From assembly GCA_964623675.1 (NCBI GenBank), contig CAZUSM010000001.1, forward strand, positions 1 through 51,806: a DNA stretch of 51,806 bases. The letters run 5' to 3'. The position numbers and the translations under genes are program-made. The notes below the pieces were generated by a model. The model did no database searches. It was not told the DNA's origin and was given only the letters and a program-made list of their open reading frames with translations. The number at the start of each line of letters is the position of its first letter. Position 1 is the first letter of the stretch. Source of the DNA: an uncultured Oscillospiraceae bacterium. Its GTDB lineage: Bacteria; Bacillota; Clostridia; Oscillospirales; Oscillospiraceae. Below, in pieces: positions 9,600 to 18,912 of the stretch.

Positions 9600-9850
9600 A
9601 ACAATTCCCCCCTTCCTAAAATACCGAGAATAAAAACAAGTTCGTTTAAGTGTTCACTAAGGCGACAGGGAATAGCCTCCCGTCCGCCAAAAACACAGTT
9701 CACTTAACGATTTGTTCACTTTCTGACAATTATAATGTAATAATTTGACGAAGTCAACCAACCACGCCCCCACCCGCCAAGCAGAATCAATAGCCGATTC
9801 TTATAGAGCTATAAGTAAAACCGCTTGCTTAAGCCCACAAATCCACCCTA

Positions 9851-9888
9851 AAAAGCAATAGGAAAGGTGCAATCAACACCTTTCCTAT
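9851..9888 (-). terminator. rho-independent terminator of the ABC-transporter operon
   Basis: ATAGGAAAGGTG (9858-9869) pairs with CACCTTTCCTAT (9877-9888). On the minus strand it is followed by TGCTTTTT. Confidence 0.8.
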
Positions 9889-9896
9889 TATAATAT

Positions 9897-11789
9897 TTAT
9901 GCTTTTCCGCCCTTGGCGAATTTTGCGCGCAGCTTGGCAAGGAGCTTTTGGCGCTTGTCGCGGGCTTCGAGGCGCTCACCGAGGTCGCGCGAGCCGACGC
10001 CGTAAACTAAGTACAGCACCAGCCCGGACACCAGCATGATGAACACCGTTGACGCGCACTGCCGCCCCAGCGCGTTGAGGTTATAATACGCGCGCATGTC
10101 GCTGGAGGTCATGGTTTGAATGACCATGGCGTAGGTCGTGGCGTCGGGCGAGTGGAACGTGGCGGACATGTCGTACTCCGAAAACAGCTCGTTGAACACC
10201 AGCGCGAACACCGCCAGCACCGAAGGCAGAATTATCGGCAGCTTCACGGTGATAAACGTGCGAATCGGGCTTGAGCCGAGGTTGCGCGCGGCGTCCTCCA
10301 GCTCATTGTCAATCGAATAGAATGACGCCTTTATCATCCTCAGCGCGAATGGCAGCTTGACCACCGTGTACGCCATGATAATCAAAATCCATATACTTTT
10401 GCCGAAATAAAGGTTTTTGCCGAAGACATACCACACGTCCTCGCTGTTGAAGTAAGTGCGGTAAGAATAGCAGATAAGTATCGTGGGCAGAAGCCACGGG
10501 AAAAGCAGCGCGTATTCGAGTATTGTGCCGCTTTTCTTGTGCTTGAAAATGTATGCGCACGCAACGACCACGATGATGCACGCAAGCGCGGCGGCGGAGA
10601 TGGACAAAACCGTGCTCACCTTGATGCCGCTGAGCGCCTTGGCGTTGGAGAAAAGCCCGGTCACGGCCTGCGTCGTGCGCTTGACCACCCCGCGCGGCGA
10701 GGTGTATTCAAAGTCATAAACGCCGAAGTAGTTAATCAGCGTCCACTGCGACCAGTCCAGCTTTTTCATCTTTATCGCGCCGTAATTTTGGAACGAGAAA
10801 ATGACGATGAGCACGACCGGCAGCATGTAAATCACGAACAGCGCGTAAGCGTAAACATGCGCGACGATGTTGGCAAAGCGGTTGTTGATCTTTTGCTTGA
10901 CGAGCTTGGCCTTGGTCTTGCTGACGGAGAGATAATGCCCCTTCCGCTCATACCGAGTCAGCACCGTCAACAGCAAAATCGTGAACATTGCCAGTATTAT
11001 AGACAAAAGCGCGGCGCGCGCCTGCGGGAACGCCTCATCCGCAATCGTCGACCCCGCGAGGCGCACAATCTCCGGGTTTATCGCGTCATAGCCAATTATG
11101 GTCGGCGCACTCATGGCGCAAAGGCCGGTGATGAAGGTCATGACCGTCAGAGAGAAAATCGTGGGCAGCAGCGTCGGCAAAACGACCTTCCACAGCACCG
11201 TGAACGGGTTTGCCCCCATGTTGCGCGCGGCCTCGACGATGTTGTAGTCAATGCCGCGTATGGCGTTGCGCAGGAAAAGCATGTGGTTGCTGGTGCAGGC
11301 GAAGGTCATTGTGAACAGCACGGCCTTGAAGCCCGAAAACCAGTCCGGGTTGAGCGTCGGAAACGCCTTTATCAGCAGGTTCGTGAGTATGCCGTTGGTG
11401 TCGTACAAAAACATATAGCCCGTCACGAGGGCGACGCCGCCGTAAACCAGCGTCGTCATATAGCCCACGCGCAGTATCTTCGCGCCCTTGATGTCGAAAT
11501 ACTCCGTCAGCAGCACCAGCGATATCCCCACGAGGTTCACCGTGATGACAAGGCAGAAGGCCAGCTTGAGCGAGTTGAAGACGAAGTCTTTCATATTCCC
11601 GGCGAGGAAAAAGCGGATGACTGCCCACGTGTCGCGCTCGCCGGCGGCATTGGTGGTGTTGAATATGCTCGTCAGCGTGTTCAGACACGGCAAAAGCATA
11701 AACCCGAAGAAAAGATAGCAAAACAGTATCACGCCGACTATCTTGGCGATAAGCCCCGGCAGCGATCCTTTATTTAAGCTGTGCTTCAT
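9897..11789 (-). CDS. ABC transporter permease, fused two-domain type (Fbp/Thi/Pot family)
   Basis: 630-aa polytopic protein with two binding-protein-dependent permease modules (EAA-like ..VEAARNMGANPFTVLWKVVLP.. and ..LEDAARNLGSSPIRTFITVKLP..). Overlaps the upstream ATPase gene by 20 nt. Confidence 0.88.
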   Translation of the reverse strand: MKHSLNKGSLPGLIAKIVGVILFCYLFFGFMLLPCLNTLTSIFNTTNAAGERDTWAVIRFFLAGNMKDFVFNSLKLAFCLVITVNLVGISLVLLTEYFDIKGAKILRVGYMTTLVYGGVALVTGYMFLYDTNGILTNLLIKAFPTLNPDWFSGFKAVLFTMTFACTSNHMLFLRNAIRGIDYNIVEAARNMGANPFTVLWKVVLPTLLPTIFSLTVMTFITGLCAMSAPTIIGYDAINPEIVRLAGSTIADEAFPQARAALLSIILAMFTILLLTVLTRYERKGHYLSVSKTKAKLVKQKINNRFANIVAHVYAYALFVIYMLPVVLIVIFSFQNYGAIKMKKLDWSQWTLINYFGVYDFEYTSPRGVVKRTTQAVTGLFSNAKALSGIKVSTVLSISAAALACIIVVVACAYIFKHKKSGTILEYALLFPWLLPTILICYSYRTYFNSEDVWYVFGKNLYFGKSIWILIIMAYTVVKLPFALRMIKASFYSIDNELEDAARNLGSSPIRTFITVKLPIILPSVLAVFALVFNELFSEYDMSATFHSPDATTYAMVIQTMTSSDMRAYYNLNALGRQCASTVFIMLVSGLVLYLVYGVGSRDLGERLEARDKRQKLLAKLRAKFAKGGKA

Positions 11790-12828
11790 CGCTGATCTCC
11801 TTTGCGTGGTAGGACATAACGTCGCGCGGGTCGATGGTCACGCTGACGCGCTGACCCTCGCCGTAAATATACACCCCGTCGTTTTTCTCGATGACCTTGA
11901 TAATCTGACTGCCGATGTCGATGGAATACTTGATGTAAAGCCCATAGTATTCGCGCGATTTCACGACGCCGTCAATCGTCAGCTTGCCCTCCTGCGCCCC
12001 GGCGTTTACGTGGATGCGCTCAAGGCGGACATAGTTGTGGTTATCCACGCTCAGCGAGCCGTCGAGCGCGGCAAGCGCCGCAGACACCTCGTCACTCAGT
12101 CGGTTTATATCGCCGATGAAATTGCACACAAACTCCGTCGCGGAGTGATTGTATATCTCGTCCGGTGTGCCGATTTGCTCGATATATCCGTTGTTGAACA
12201 CCGCGATGCGGTCGGACAGGGTCAGCGCCTCCTCTTGGTCGTGCGTGACGTATATCGTCGTGATGCCGAAGCTCTCCTGCATCTTTTTCAGCTCGTTTCT
12301 CAGCTGCACGCGGAGCTTCGCGTCCAGGTTGCTCAAAGGCTCGTCCATGCAGATTATGGCCGGGCCGTTGACCAGCGCGCGGGCGATGGCCACGCGCTGC
12401 TGCTGCCCGCCGGAAAGCTGAGACACGGCTTTCATCAGCTGCTCGTCGGAAAGATCCACCTTTTTCGCGATTTCGCGCACCTGCTTGTCAATCTCGGCCT
12501 TTTTCAGCTTTTTCACCTTCAGCCCGAACGCGATGTTGTCATACACCGTCATCGTCGGGAACAGCGCATAGCTTTGAAAAACGATGCCGATGTTGCGGTT
12601 TTCGATGGGGACGTTGGTGATGTCCTTGTCGTTGACGACGACAGACCCGGAAACAGGCTCAATGAAGCCGGTAATGGTCCGCAATGTGGTGGTTTTTCCA
12701 CACCCGGAGGGGCCGAGAAAAGTGAAAAACTCACCCTTGTTTATGTCTACGTTTATGTTGTGCAGTGCTGTGAAGTCTCCAAATTTCACGACAATGTCAT
12801 TGAGCCTTATCATAGCTTCAAACCTCAT
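11770..12828 (-). CDS. ABC transporter ATP-binding protein (PotA/FbpC/UgpC type)
   Basis: Walker A GPSGCGKTT, signature LSGGQQQRVAIARAL, Walker B ICMDEPLSNLD, and a C-terminal TOBE-like region. The alternative start at ATG 12813 (MIRLNDI..) has a GAGG 9 nt upstream. Confidence 0.92.
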   Translation of the reverse strand: MRFEAMIRLNDIVVKFGDFTALHNINVDINKGEFFTFLGPSGCGKTTTLRTITGFIEPVSGSVVVNDKDITNVPIENRNIGIVFQSYALFPTMTVYDNIAFGLKVKKLKKAEIDKQVREIAKKVDLSDEQLMKAVSQLSGGQQQRVAIARALVNGPAIICMDEPLSNLDAKLRVQLRNELKKMQESFGITTIYVTHDQEEALTLSDRIAVFNNGYIEQIGTPDEIYNHSATEFVCNFIGDINRLSDEVSAALAALDGSLSVDNHNYVRLERIHVNAGAQEGKLTIDGVVKSREYYGLYIKYSIDIGSQIIKVIEKNDGVYIYGEGQRVSVTIDPRDVMSYHAKEISDEAQLK

Positions 12829-12900
12829 TTCTTAATATGCTGTATTGACAATATGGCGAGTTGGAATTTCCGACTCGCCATATTGAATGTGTTATTCCAG

Positions 12901-14157
12901 TCAGCCTGCGCTCTGAGTGAGCGTTGCCCAGTCGAGATTATCCCAATCCGGCTCGGCCGCTGCGTTGGCGTTGTCGGCCCAGTAGAAATGCAGGTTGGTC
13001 ATGATGTTCGTCCACTCCGCGCTGTGTGCGGCGACGTACTCATAATACTTCATGTCGGTGCCGGGGATGTCGTTTTGTGCCATGTTGTCAAGGGTGTAAA
13101 TCCCGGCGTAGTCAACGAGGTCACAACCCTCGGCGGCGTCGGTGTTGCAGGGGTAGCGGTCAAAGGTGTTTGCCCAGCCGATCTGAGTTTCGGCAGAGCC
13201 GAACCAGTCGCAGAATGCCTTGACTATCTCGGTTTCCTCCTCGGTGCGCCCGGCCTTGTCGAGCACGCCGATGTACTCTGCGATGAAGTAAGAGCCGTCG
13301 TCAATCTCCACCAGACCCCAGTTGCCGGGGGCGTTGTTCTCCGCGTCGTAGGTGAGCGGGTTCTCGCTGGAGTCAACCGCGACGTCTATGCCGCCGTAAA
13401 GCGCGCTGGAGAAGTAGGTGCTGACCTGAACGTCGCCGCGGTTGAGCGGGTCGAGGCCGTAGCCGTCGCCGGTATAAGTGCCGTTGGCGCAGTAGTTCCA
13501 CAGGGCCTTCCAGCCGTCAACGGAGATGCCGCCCGCGACGCTGTTGGGGTCAACGTATGGATAGAGCATGCAGTTGTTGATGTTGCCGTTGGTCGTGCCG
13601 CCGACCTTGCCCTGGCGGAAGTAAACATACCCGGAATCGGCGAGGTCGCTCCAGTGCTCGAAGTGCAGCTTTTCGCCGTTCGTGCCCAGCTCATCCGTGC
13701 GGTAGAGCATGAGAATGTCCTGAATGGTGATGCCGTAGGCCTTGTTTTCATAATAGAAGTTGCCCACGCGGTCTGCCCAAGAGGGCGTCCAGTCGACGAT
13801 GGAAAGATTTTCGTACACGCCGTTGAGAATCTGATTCCAGCGCGTCTCGTTCAGGCCGAACATCACGTCGCCGTCTTTGTACTCGTTTGCGGTCTGCACG
13901 GCCTCAATGTCGCCGCTGGCGACGGTCGCGTCAACCATGGTGATGGAAAAGCCGGCTTCCGCCGCGGCGTTGGTCAGCCAAATGACCTCGTCCTCGTTGT
14001 TGGAGTTCGAGTATATCTTGATGGTATAGCCCGAATAGTCCGCCGCGCCCGATTCGCCCGCCGGTGCAGGGGCGCTCGCGCTCTCGTTGCCGCTTCCGCA
14101 GGCGCACAGCGCAAACACCATGCACAAGGCCAAAAGCAGGGATAGTGTCTTTTTCAT
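12901..14157 (-). CDS. extracellular solute-binding lipoprotein of the ABC transporter (PotD/AfuA/ThiB-like superfamily; substrate unknown)
   Basis: Signal peptide with lipobox ALCACG and a GGAGG RBS. Its position at the head of the ATPase-permease genes fits a binding protein. Family assignment by general resemblance only. Confidence 0.75.
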   Translation of the reverse strand: MKKTLSLLLALCMVFALCACGSGNESASAPAPAGESGAADYSGYTIKIYSNSNNEDEVIWLTNAAAEAGFSITMVDATVASGDIEAVQTANEYKDGDVMFGLNETRWNQILNGVYENLSIVDWTPSWADRVGNFYYENKAYGITIQDILMLYRTDELGTNGEKLHFEHWSDLADSGYVYFRQGKVGGTTNGNINNCMLYPYVDPNSVAGGISVDGWKALWNYCANGTYTGDGYGLDPLNRGDVQVSTYFSSALYGGIDVAVDSSENPLTYDAENNAPGNWGLVEIDDGSYFIAEYIGVLDKAGRTEEETEIVKAFCDWFGSAETQIGWANTFDRYPCNTDAAEGCDLVDYAGIYTLDNMAQNDIPGTDMKYYEYVAAHSAEWTNIMTNLHFYWADNANAAAEPDWDNLDWATLTQSAG

Positions 14158-14215
14158 TATTCTGTTTCCTCCAGTTTTTAATTATTTTGACCAGTTTCAC
14201 TGGCAAATTACGTTT

Positions 14216-15118
14216 TTATAAATGCTTTGGGAAATTGCCCGTTATGGACACGTTTTCGTTGTATATCACGAAGGCGTTTTCGTCGTGCTGCTTTATTATC
14301 TGCCTGAGTTTGGGCAGCTCGTGCTTTGAAAGCACCACGCACAGCGCTTCCTCGTCGCGGTTTGAATAGCTGCCCACGCAGTTCCAGCGCGTGGCGCCGC
14401 GGTGCAGCGCGCCGATGATGGCCTTTTCAATCTCCTTGCTTGAGCGCGTTATGATGATGGCCTCCACCGCTATGTTCTGCAAGTGGGACTTATCCAGCAC
14501 GGCGGAGTATATCGCCACGAAGATGAGGGAATATATCACGACGGAGATGTCATACGCGCTTATGCACAGCGCGAAGAACACAAGGTTCACCGCCACTGTC
14601 AGCTTGCCGACGCTCGCGTTGCCGCGCGACTGAGTCATAATCATGCCGACTATGTCAAACCCGCCGCCGCAGCCGCCCATGCGCAGCACCATGCCGTTTG
14701 CCGCGCCGCACACGATGCCGCCGACAATGCACGAGGTCAGCCTGTCTCCGGGCAAAACCGCCCTCACCGGCAGCGCGGCAAACGCCGCCGTCATCGCGCC
14801 CACGGCAATCGCGGTGCGCAGGAGAAAAAGCTTGTTTATTCTCCTTGCGGCGTATATCAGCAGCGGCAGATTTATCGCAAAATACAGCAGCGACGCCGCG
14901 TCAAACCCAACATTCAGTCCCAAAAGCCTCAGCGCACAGTCGGCCGCGATTTGGCACACGCCCAGCATTCCGCCGCAGTACATCCCGCACGAAACCACAA
15001 ACATGTTCATCCCAAACGCATAAACCGCAGCGCTCACGGCGCATACGCACAGCTTGGCAAGCTCGCTTGCCGCGCCGGGACGGTCAATGTCAAAGGCCGA
15101 TGGCGTATTCATAAACAT
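14216..15118 (-). CDS. YitT-family membrane protein (DUF2179 C-terminal domain)
   Basis: Five or six TM segments followed by a soluble C-terminal domain (..IITRSSKEIEKAIIGALHRGATRWNCVGSYS..VVLSKHELPKLRQII..AFVIY..), characteristic of YitT/YqfU proteins. Confidence 0.8.
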   Translation of the reverse strand: MFMNTPSAFDIDRPGAASELAKLCVCAVSAAVYAFGMNMFVVSCGMYCGGMLGVCQIAADCALRLLGLNVGFDAASLLYFAINLPLLIYAARRINKLFLLRTAIAVGAMTAAFAALPVRAVLPGDRLTSCIVGGIVCGAANGMVLRMGGCGGGFDIVGMIMTQSRGNASVGKLTVAVNLVFFALCISAYDISVVIYSLIFVAIYSAVLDKSHLQNIAVEAIIITRSSKEIEKAIIGALHRGATRWNCVGSYSNRDEEALCVVLSKHELPKLRQIIKQHDENAFVIYNENVSITGNFPKHL

Positions 15119-15800
15119 CCTTCAAGCATTCCACGTGCGCCGCGCCCCAGTGGGGCGTTTTCGGCGCGCCGCTTGCGCGGCGCATCTGCACGCAATTGAG
15201 GCCGAGCCTTGCCGCCCCGTCGAGATTCACCGGCGAATCGTCCACGAACAGTATCCGCTCCGGCGCGATGCCCATGCGCGAAATCGCGGTGGAAAACATC
15301 CGCTCGTCCGGCTTCGTGACGCCCAGCTCATAAGAATACGTTTCCGAGGAAAAGAAGCGGTTCATGCCCACGTGGTGCACAATCCGCCGCGACGACGGCG
15401 TCGCGTCGGACAAAAGGCCGAGTGTGAACTCTCCCGCCAGCCTTTCCAACCACTCGAAAACGTCATCGAACACGAACACTCTCTCGTTGTTGTATGTCAT
15501 GTCCCGGCTCAAAAGGCTGATGGTCTCCACGTCCAGCGCCATTCCGGCGGCCTCAAAGGCCTTTGAATAGAGCGCGGTGTATAAGCGCTCCTCCTCCGCC
15601 TCGTCCTTCACTGCCATCGCCTCCGGCAAAAGCTCAAGGTGGCTGTCGATGAACTCGTTCATCAGCCATGCCTCGCGCTCTGTGAGGTCTCTGCCCAAAA
15701 TCTCTTTGTATCGCGGGCTGAGCAGCCAGTTGCCGGAAAGCGGCCCTTGCAGCACTCCGCCGTTGTCGAAAAGTATCGCGCCTATCTTATTCGTGCTCAC
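15090..15800 (-). CDS. HAD-superfamily hydrolase (subfamily IA-like)
   Basis: Motif I ILFDNGGVL (nucleophile Asp present, second Asp replaced by Gly as in some IA variants). Motif II LLSDATP region. Motif IV ILFVDDSPVNLDGA. Overlaps the YitT start by up to 29 nt. Confidence 0.8.
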   Translation of the reverse strand: MSTNKIGAILFDNGGVLQGPLSGNWLLSPRYKEILGRDLTEREAWLMNEFIDSHLELLPEAMAVKDEAEEERLYTALYSKAFEAAGMALDVETISLLSRDMTYNNERVFVFDDVFEWLERLAGEFTLGLLSDATPSSRRIVHHVGMNRFFSSETYSYELGVTKPDERMFSTAISRMGIAPERILFVDDSPVNLDGAARLGLNCVQMRRASGAPKTPHWGAAHVECLKDVYEYAIGL

Positions 15801-15806
15801 TTTGCT

Positions 15807-16736
15807 TCAACTTCCAATCTCTATCCCCACCAACTCGGCGGCCATGTATATGGCGCCCCACTCGGCGGGTGTTCTCATTTCGCGCAGCTCCAGCTTGGGG
15901 AACATCGCGCTCAGCCGTTCGCACACGCGGTCGCGTATCTGACTGTCGTTGAGGAGAAATCCCCCGCCCAGCAGCATCGGGTATTGCCCGTTATCCATGC
16001 ACAGCGTCTCCGCCACGGCTTTCACCATCTTCACAAGCTCGTCGGCGGCCTCGTCCATTATCTGCATCGCTACGCTGTCCCCGCGCTTGCAGGTTTCCGA
16101 CACGACTATGCAAAGGCTCGCCAAATCGCTCTTGTTCTTTTTGTAAACATAGTCCAACAGCTCGTCCACGGCGTTGAGGTGCAGGTGCTTGCAGAGGTTG
16201 TTGAGGATATAGGTGGATTCGCCCGTGTGGTCAAAGGCGTGCAGCGCCGCGGACACGCCGCGCTTTGCCACCCAGTAGGCCGAGCCCTCGTCCCCCACGA
16301 TGTAATCAAACCCGCCCGCGCGCCACATTTCGCGCTTTTCGTTTATGCCAAGCGCGATTGACCCCGTGCCGGATATGAGCATGATGCCGGGCTTGCCGCG
16401 CGTGTTGGCGTAAAGGGCGATTGTGGCGTCGTTGACCACCTTTTTCGGGCAGTTGAGCGAGAGATTGTCCAGCATTCGCTCCAGCATGCGCCGCGACGCC
16501 TCGGAGTCGACCCCCGCCGTGCCGAAGCACAGCCCCACGCAGTCGTCCAGACTGCATTCAAATTTTGTGCAAAAGCTGTCTAACAAAAGCTTCACGTTGT
16601 GCAGCACCAGCGAGAAGGGATTGCTGTCCACGTTGGTGGATTTGCCGCGGCAGCGGCCGATTATGTTGCCGTTGGTGTCGACGGCCAGCAGCCGTGAATT
16701 TGTGCCGCCGCCGTCTATTCCGATGAGGTACTTCAT
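15807..16736 (-). CDS. BadF/BadG/BcrA/BcrD-type ATPase, N-acetylglucosamine-kinase-like sugar kinase
   Basis: N-terminal phosphate-1 motif LIGIDGGGTNSRLLAV, ..ISGTGSIALG.., ..DYIVGDEGSAYWV.., typical of the eukaryotic-type GlcNAc kinase family. The start ATG directly abuts the stop of the upstream gene (TGAATG). Confidence 0.8.
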   Translation of the reverse strand: MKYLIGIDGGGTNSRLLAVDTNGNIIGRCRGKSTNVDSNPFSLVLHNVKLLLDSFCTKFECSLDDCVGLCFGTAGVDSEASRRMLERMLDNLSLNCPKKVVNDATIALYANTRGKPGIMLISGTGSIALGINEKREMWRAGGFDYIVGDEGSAYWVAKRGVSAALHAFDHTGESTYILNNLCKHLHLNAVDELLDYVYKKNKSDLASLCIVVSETCKRGDSVAMQIMDEAADELVKMVKAVAETLCMDNGQYPMLLGGGFLLNDSQIRDRVCERLSAMFPKLELREMRTPAEWGAIYMAAELVGIEIGS

Positions 16737-17801
16737 TCAGTTCGCGTCTCCAAACAATTGTTCTTGAATCCAGGCGCGATTCTCCGGCGAGTAGATATGC
16801 TCGCCGAAGTCGAACGCATATTCCCTGAGCATGCCAAGGTCAACGCTCTTTCTCTCGCGCACTGAATCCATAAAGTTGCCGCAATAGAGTTTCATCAAGA
16901 CCTCCTGCGGCAGAGCCAACCCTTTCACGGGTCGTCCCCAAAATTCAAAGCGCACGTCGGTTTCAAGGAAGCGGCGTATATGCTCCACCGTCACCGACGG
17001 CGATTTTTCGTCCTCGCACATGACATCCGCGCAAAATTCGTCCGCGTCCGTCCCGAACATTATTCTGTCGCAGTTGCGGATGAAAAACTCCCGCCACTCG
17101 TCCGCGTTTTGCGTGAAATTGATGTACATTTCTATGCCCGGCGTCAGGTCGAAGCTCGCGTTCGGGTGGGCATCGAGTATCTCCTGCGCCCGCACTATGG
17201 ACTGCGAGTGAAAGAAAAAGTGTGCGAATATCACCTTCAGGCGCTTGTGGCGCTTGACCACGTCCAGCGCCTCGCCGATAATCTCCTCCCACGTGAGGAA
17301 GCTGTCGTCGTATATCCAGCCCGCCTCGCGCGCAAACGCCGGCGCCTTCTCCGCGTCCCAGAATTCCGGCGGATCGGCCACGTGCCACAAAACCGGCACT
17401 CCGGCCTCCTCCAAATACTCGAAAAACTCGCGGTAAGCCTCGCCCGACAGGGGCAGACCGACCAGCTTGCGCGAATCCGGCTTGCTTTCGAGTATTTTTA
17501 TCCCGTCAAAGCCCATCTGCAAAAGCCGCTTGGCCTGCGAAACGGGATTCCACTTGCCCTCAAGCGCCGCCGCGGGCGCGGTCGGGTATATCAGCGACCC
17601 ATAGGCCATTATCCGCTCGTCCCTCGCCTTGAAAATGAGCGGGAGAATGTTCTGCTCGGCAACACAGCCGTTGCGGTCACAGCCGAATGAGGCGATGGCA
17701 ATGCCGTCCAGCTTTGCGCTCGCCATGTACTCTTGCATGAATTCCAGCGCGCCGGGGGTGTAGGCGTGCGTGTGCATATCGAAAATCTTGTATTCGGCCA
17801 T
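16737..17801 (-). CDS. metal-dependent amidohydrolase-superfamily (TIM-barrel) hydrolase
   Basis: N-terminal IFDMHTHAY (HxH metal motif), later ..LWHVADP.. and ..IMFGTDA.. (terminal Asp motif), as in amidohydrolase_2-type enzymes. AAGGAGA RBS. Confidence 0.7.
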   Translation of the reverse strand: MAEYKIFDMHTHAYTPGALEFMQEYMASAKLDGIAIASFGCDRNGCVAEQNILPLIFKARDERIMAYGSLIYPTAPAAALEGKWNPVSQAKRLLQMGFDGIKILESKPDSRKLVGLPLSGEAYREFFEYLEEAGVPVLWHVADPPEFWDAEKAPAFAREAGWIYDDSFLTWEEIIGEALDVVKRHKRLKVIFAHFFFHSQSIVRAQEILDAHPNASFDLTPGIEMYINFTQNADEWREFFIRNCDRIMFGTDADEFCADVMCEDEKSPSVTVEHIRRFLETDVRFEFWGRPVKGLALPQEVLMKLYCGNFMDSVRERKSVDLGMLREYAFDFGEHIYSPENRAWIQEQLFGDAN

Positions 17802-17851
17802 GTTGTCTCCTTTCTCGTTTCAACAACGCATTGGGCTTTTCATTGACACCG

Positions 17852-17880
17852 AGTATAGCGAAAAAATATGCCCCTGCCAA
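17852..17880 (-). promoter_or_regulatory. candidate sigma-A promoter of the amidohydrolase-led cluster
   Basis: Minus strand reads TTGGCA (17880-17875), a 17-nt spacer, then TATACT (17857-17852), about 50 nt upstream of the ATG at 17801. Confidence 0.5.
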
Positions 17881-17920
17881 TTCAAAATATTGATGTGCAA
17901 AGCCGAAAAAATCATGAATA

Positions 17921-17949
17921 TTGACATCTGAAAAGAAGCGTTCTATAAT
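17921..17949 (+). promoter_or_regulatory. consensus sigma-A promoter of the AraC-family gene
   Basis: TTGACA (17921-17926), exactly 17 nt, then TATAAT (17944-17949). Both hexamers are perfect. It lies 38 nt upstream of the GTG start. Confidence 0.7.
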
Positions 17950-17986
17950 GACGGGGCTATCTTAACAAATATCAGAGGGTGTAATT

Positions 17987-18820
17987 GTGGACTTTGCACA
18001 AATAGGCGAGATTGCCAAAACAAGCACAATAACCGCGCATTACGTCACCATTGACGGCAATCAGGTTTCACTCAAGGCCGAGGGCTGCTGCCGCCTGCTT
18101 TACTTTTTGGAGGGCGCGTCCATGCTGCGCATAAATGCGCACCTGCTCTCCGTCGAGCCGGATTCGCTGGTCGTCATCCCGCCCGACACGCCCTTTGCCT
18201 TTGAACTGGGCAAGTCCAGCCGCTATTGGCAGCTTTGCTTTTTCGGCGAGCGCGACGAGCCGCTTATAAATAATATCCTCTATCGCGGCGCGATCATCGT
18301 CCACCTGAATGACACGGACAAGGCGGCCATTCAAGCGGGCTTTGCGCGCCTGAAAACGCTCAGCGACAAGAAAAAAGACGCGATTGAGGCCGACGCCCCC
18401 GCCGACGAAACCGAGCTTGAATATAATATGGTTTTCGGCAGCCTGCTCTATGCCTGTTCGGAGATTCTCCTCACCGGCCTTGATTTCAAGACCTATCAAA
18501 TCGGCGTGGCCGAGCGTGTGCGCAGCTATATCGACGCGCATTATACCGAGCCGCTCACGCTCTCCCGGCTTGAAAAGTCCTTTTTCGTGACAAGATACCA
18601 TATTTGCCGCCAGTTTGCCAAGACCTACGGCATTACGGTCATGGATTATGTGAAGAAGCTGCGCGTGGCGCGAGCGCAGGAGCTGTTGCTCTCCACCAAT
18701 CTCCCCGTCTCCCAAATCGCCGCCAAAAGCGGCTTCGGCAGCCCCAACACCTTCCACACCGCCTTCCACCAATCCACCTCCCTAACCCCCTTGGCGTATA
18801 GAAAAAAGCTGAAAACGTGA
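17987..18820 (+). CDS. AraC-family transcriptional regulator (cupin-like sensor plus HTH_18)
   Basis: C-terminal double HTH ..YHICRQFAKTYGITVMDYVKKLRVARAQELLLSTNLPVSQIAAKSGFGSPNTFHTAFHQ.. with an N-terminal beta-rich ligand domain. Divergent from the amidohydrolase cluster. Confidence 0.9.
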   Translation: MDFAQIGEIAKTSTITAHYVTIDGNQVSLKAEGCCRLLYFLEGASMLRINAHLLSVEPDSLVVIPPDTPFAFELGKSSRYWQLCFFGERDEPLINNILYRGAIIVHLNDTDKAAIQAGFARLKTLSDKKKDAIEADAPADETELEYNMVFGSLLYACSEILLTGLDFKTYQIGVAERVRSYIDAHYTEPLTLSRLEKSFFVTRYHICRQFAKTYGITVMDYVKKLRVARAQELLLSTNLPVSQIAAKSGFGSPNTFHTAFHQSTSLTPLAYRKKLKT

Positions 18821-18912
18821 AGTGGGGATATAGACCCCATAAAAAAGCATTGTTATTTAAGGACTGCATGAAAGGAACTAGGTATCCACCTCGCCGAACA
18901 AGGCTGAAAGAA

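Noticed and set aside
11743-14145. 800-aa plus-strand ORF spanning the ABC ATPase and binding-protein genes
   Set aside because: It is antisense to two genes with clear family motifs. Its composition is Arg/Ala/Gly/Val/His-rich, typical of the reverse frame of high-GC coding DNA. It has no RBS and no recognisable domain.
15807-16736. BadF/BadG-family ATPase as the missing HgdC-like activator of the dehydratase-family pair
   Set aside because: Its size (309 aa) and motifs resemble GlcNAc-kinase-type sugar kinases. I see no conserved cluster-bridging Cys pattern. It belongs to a different operon about 2.5 kb away on the far side of the AraC gene.
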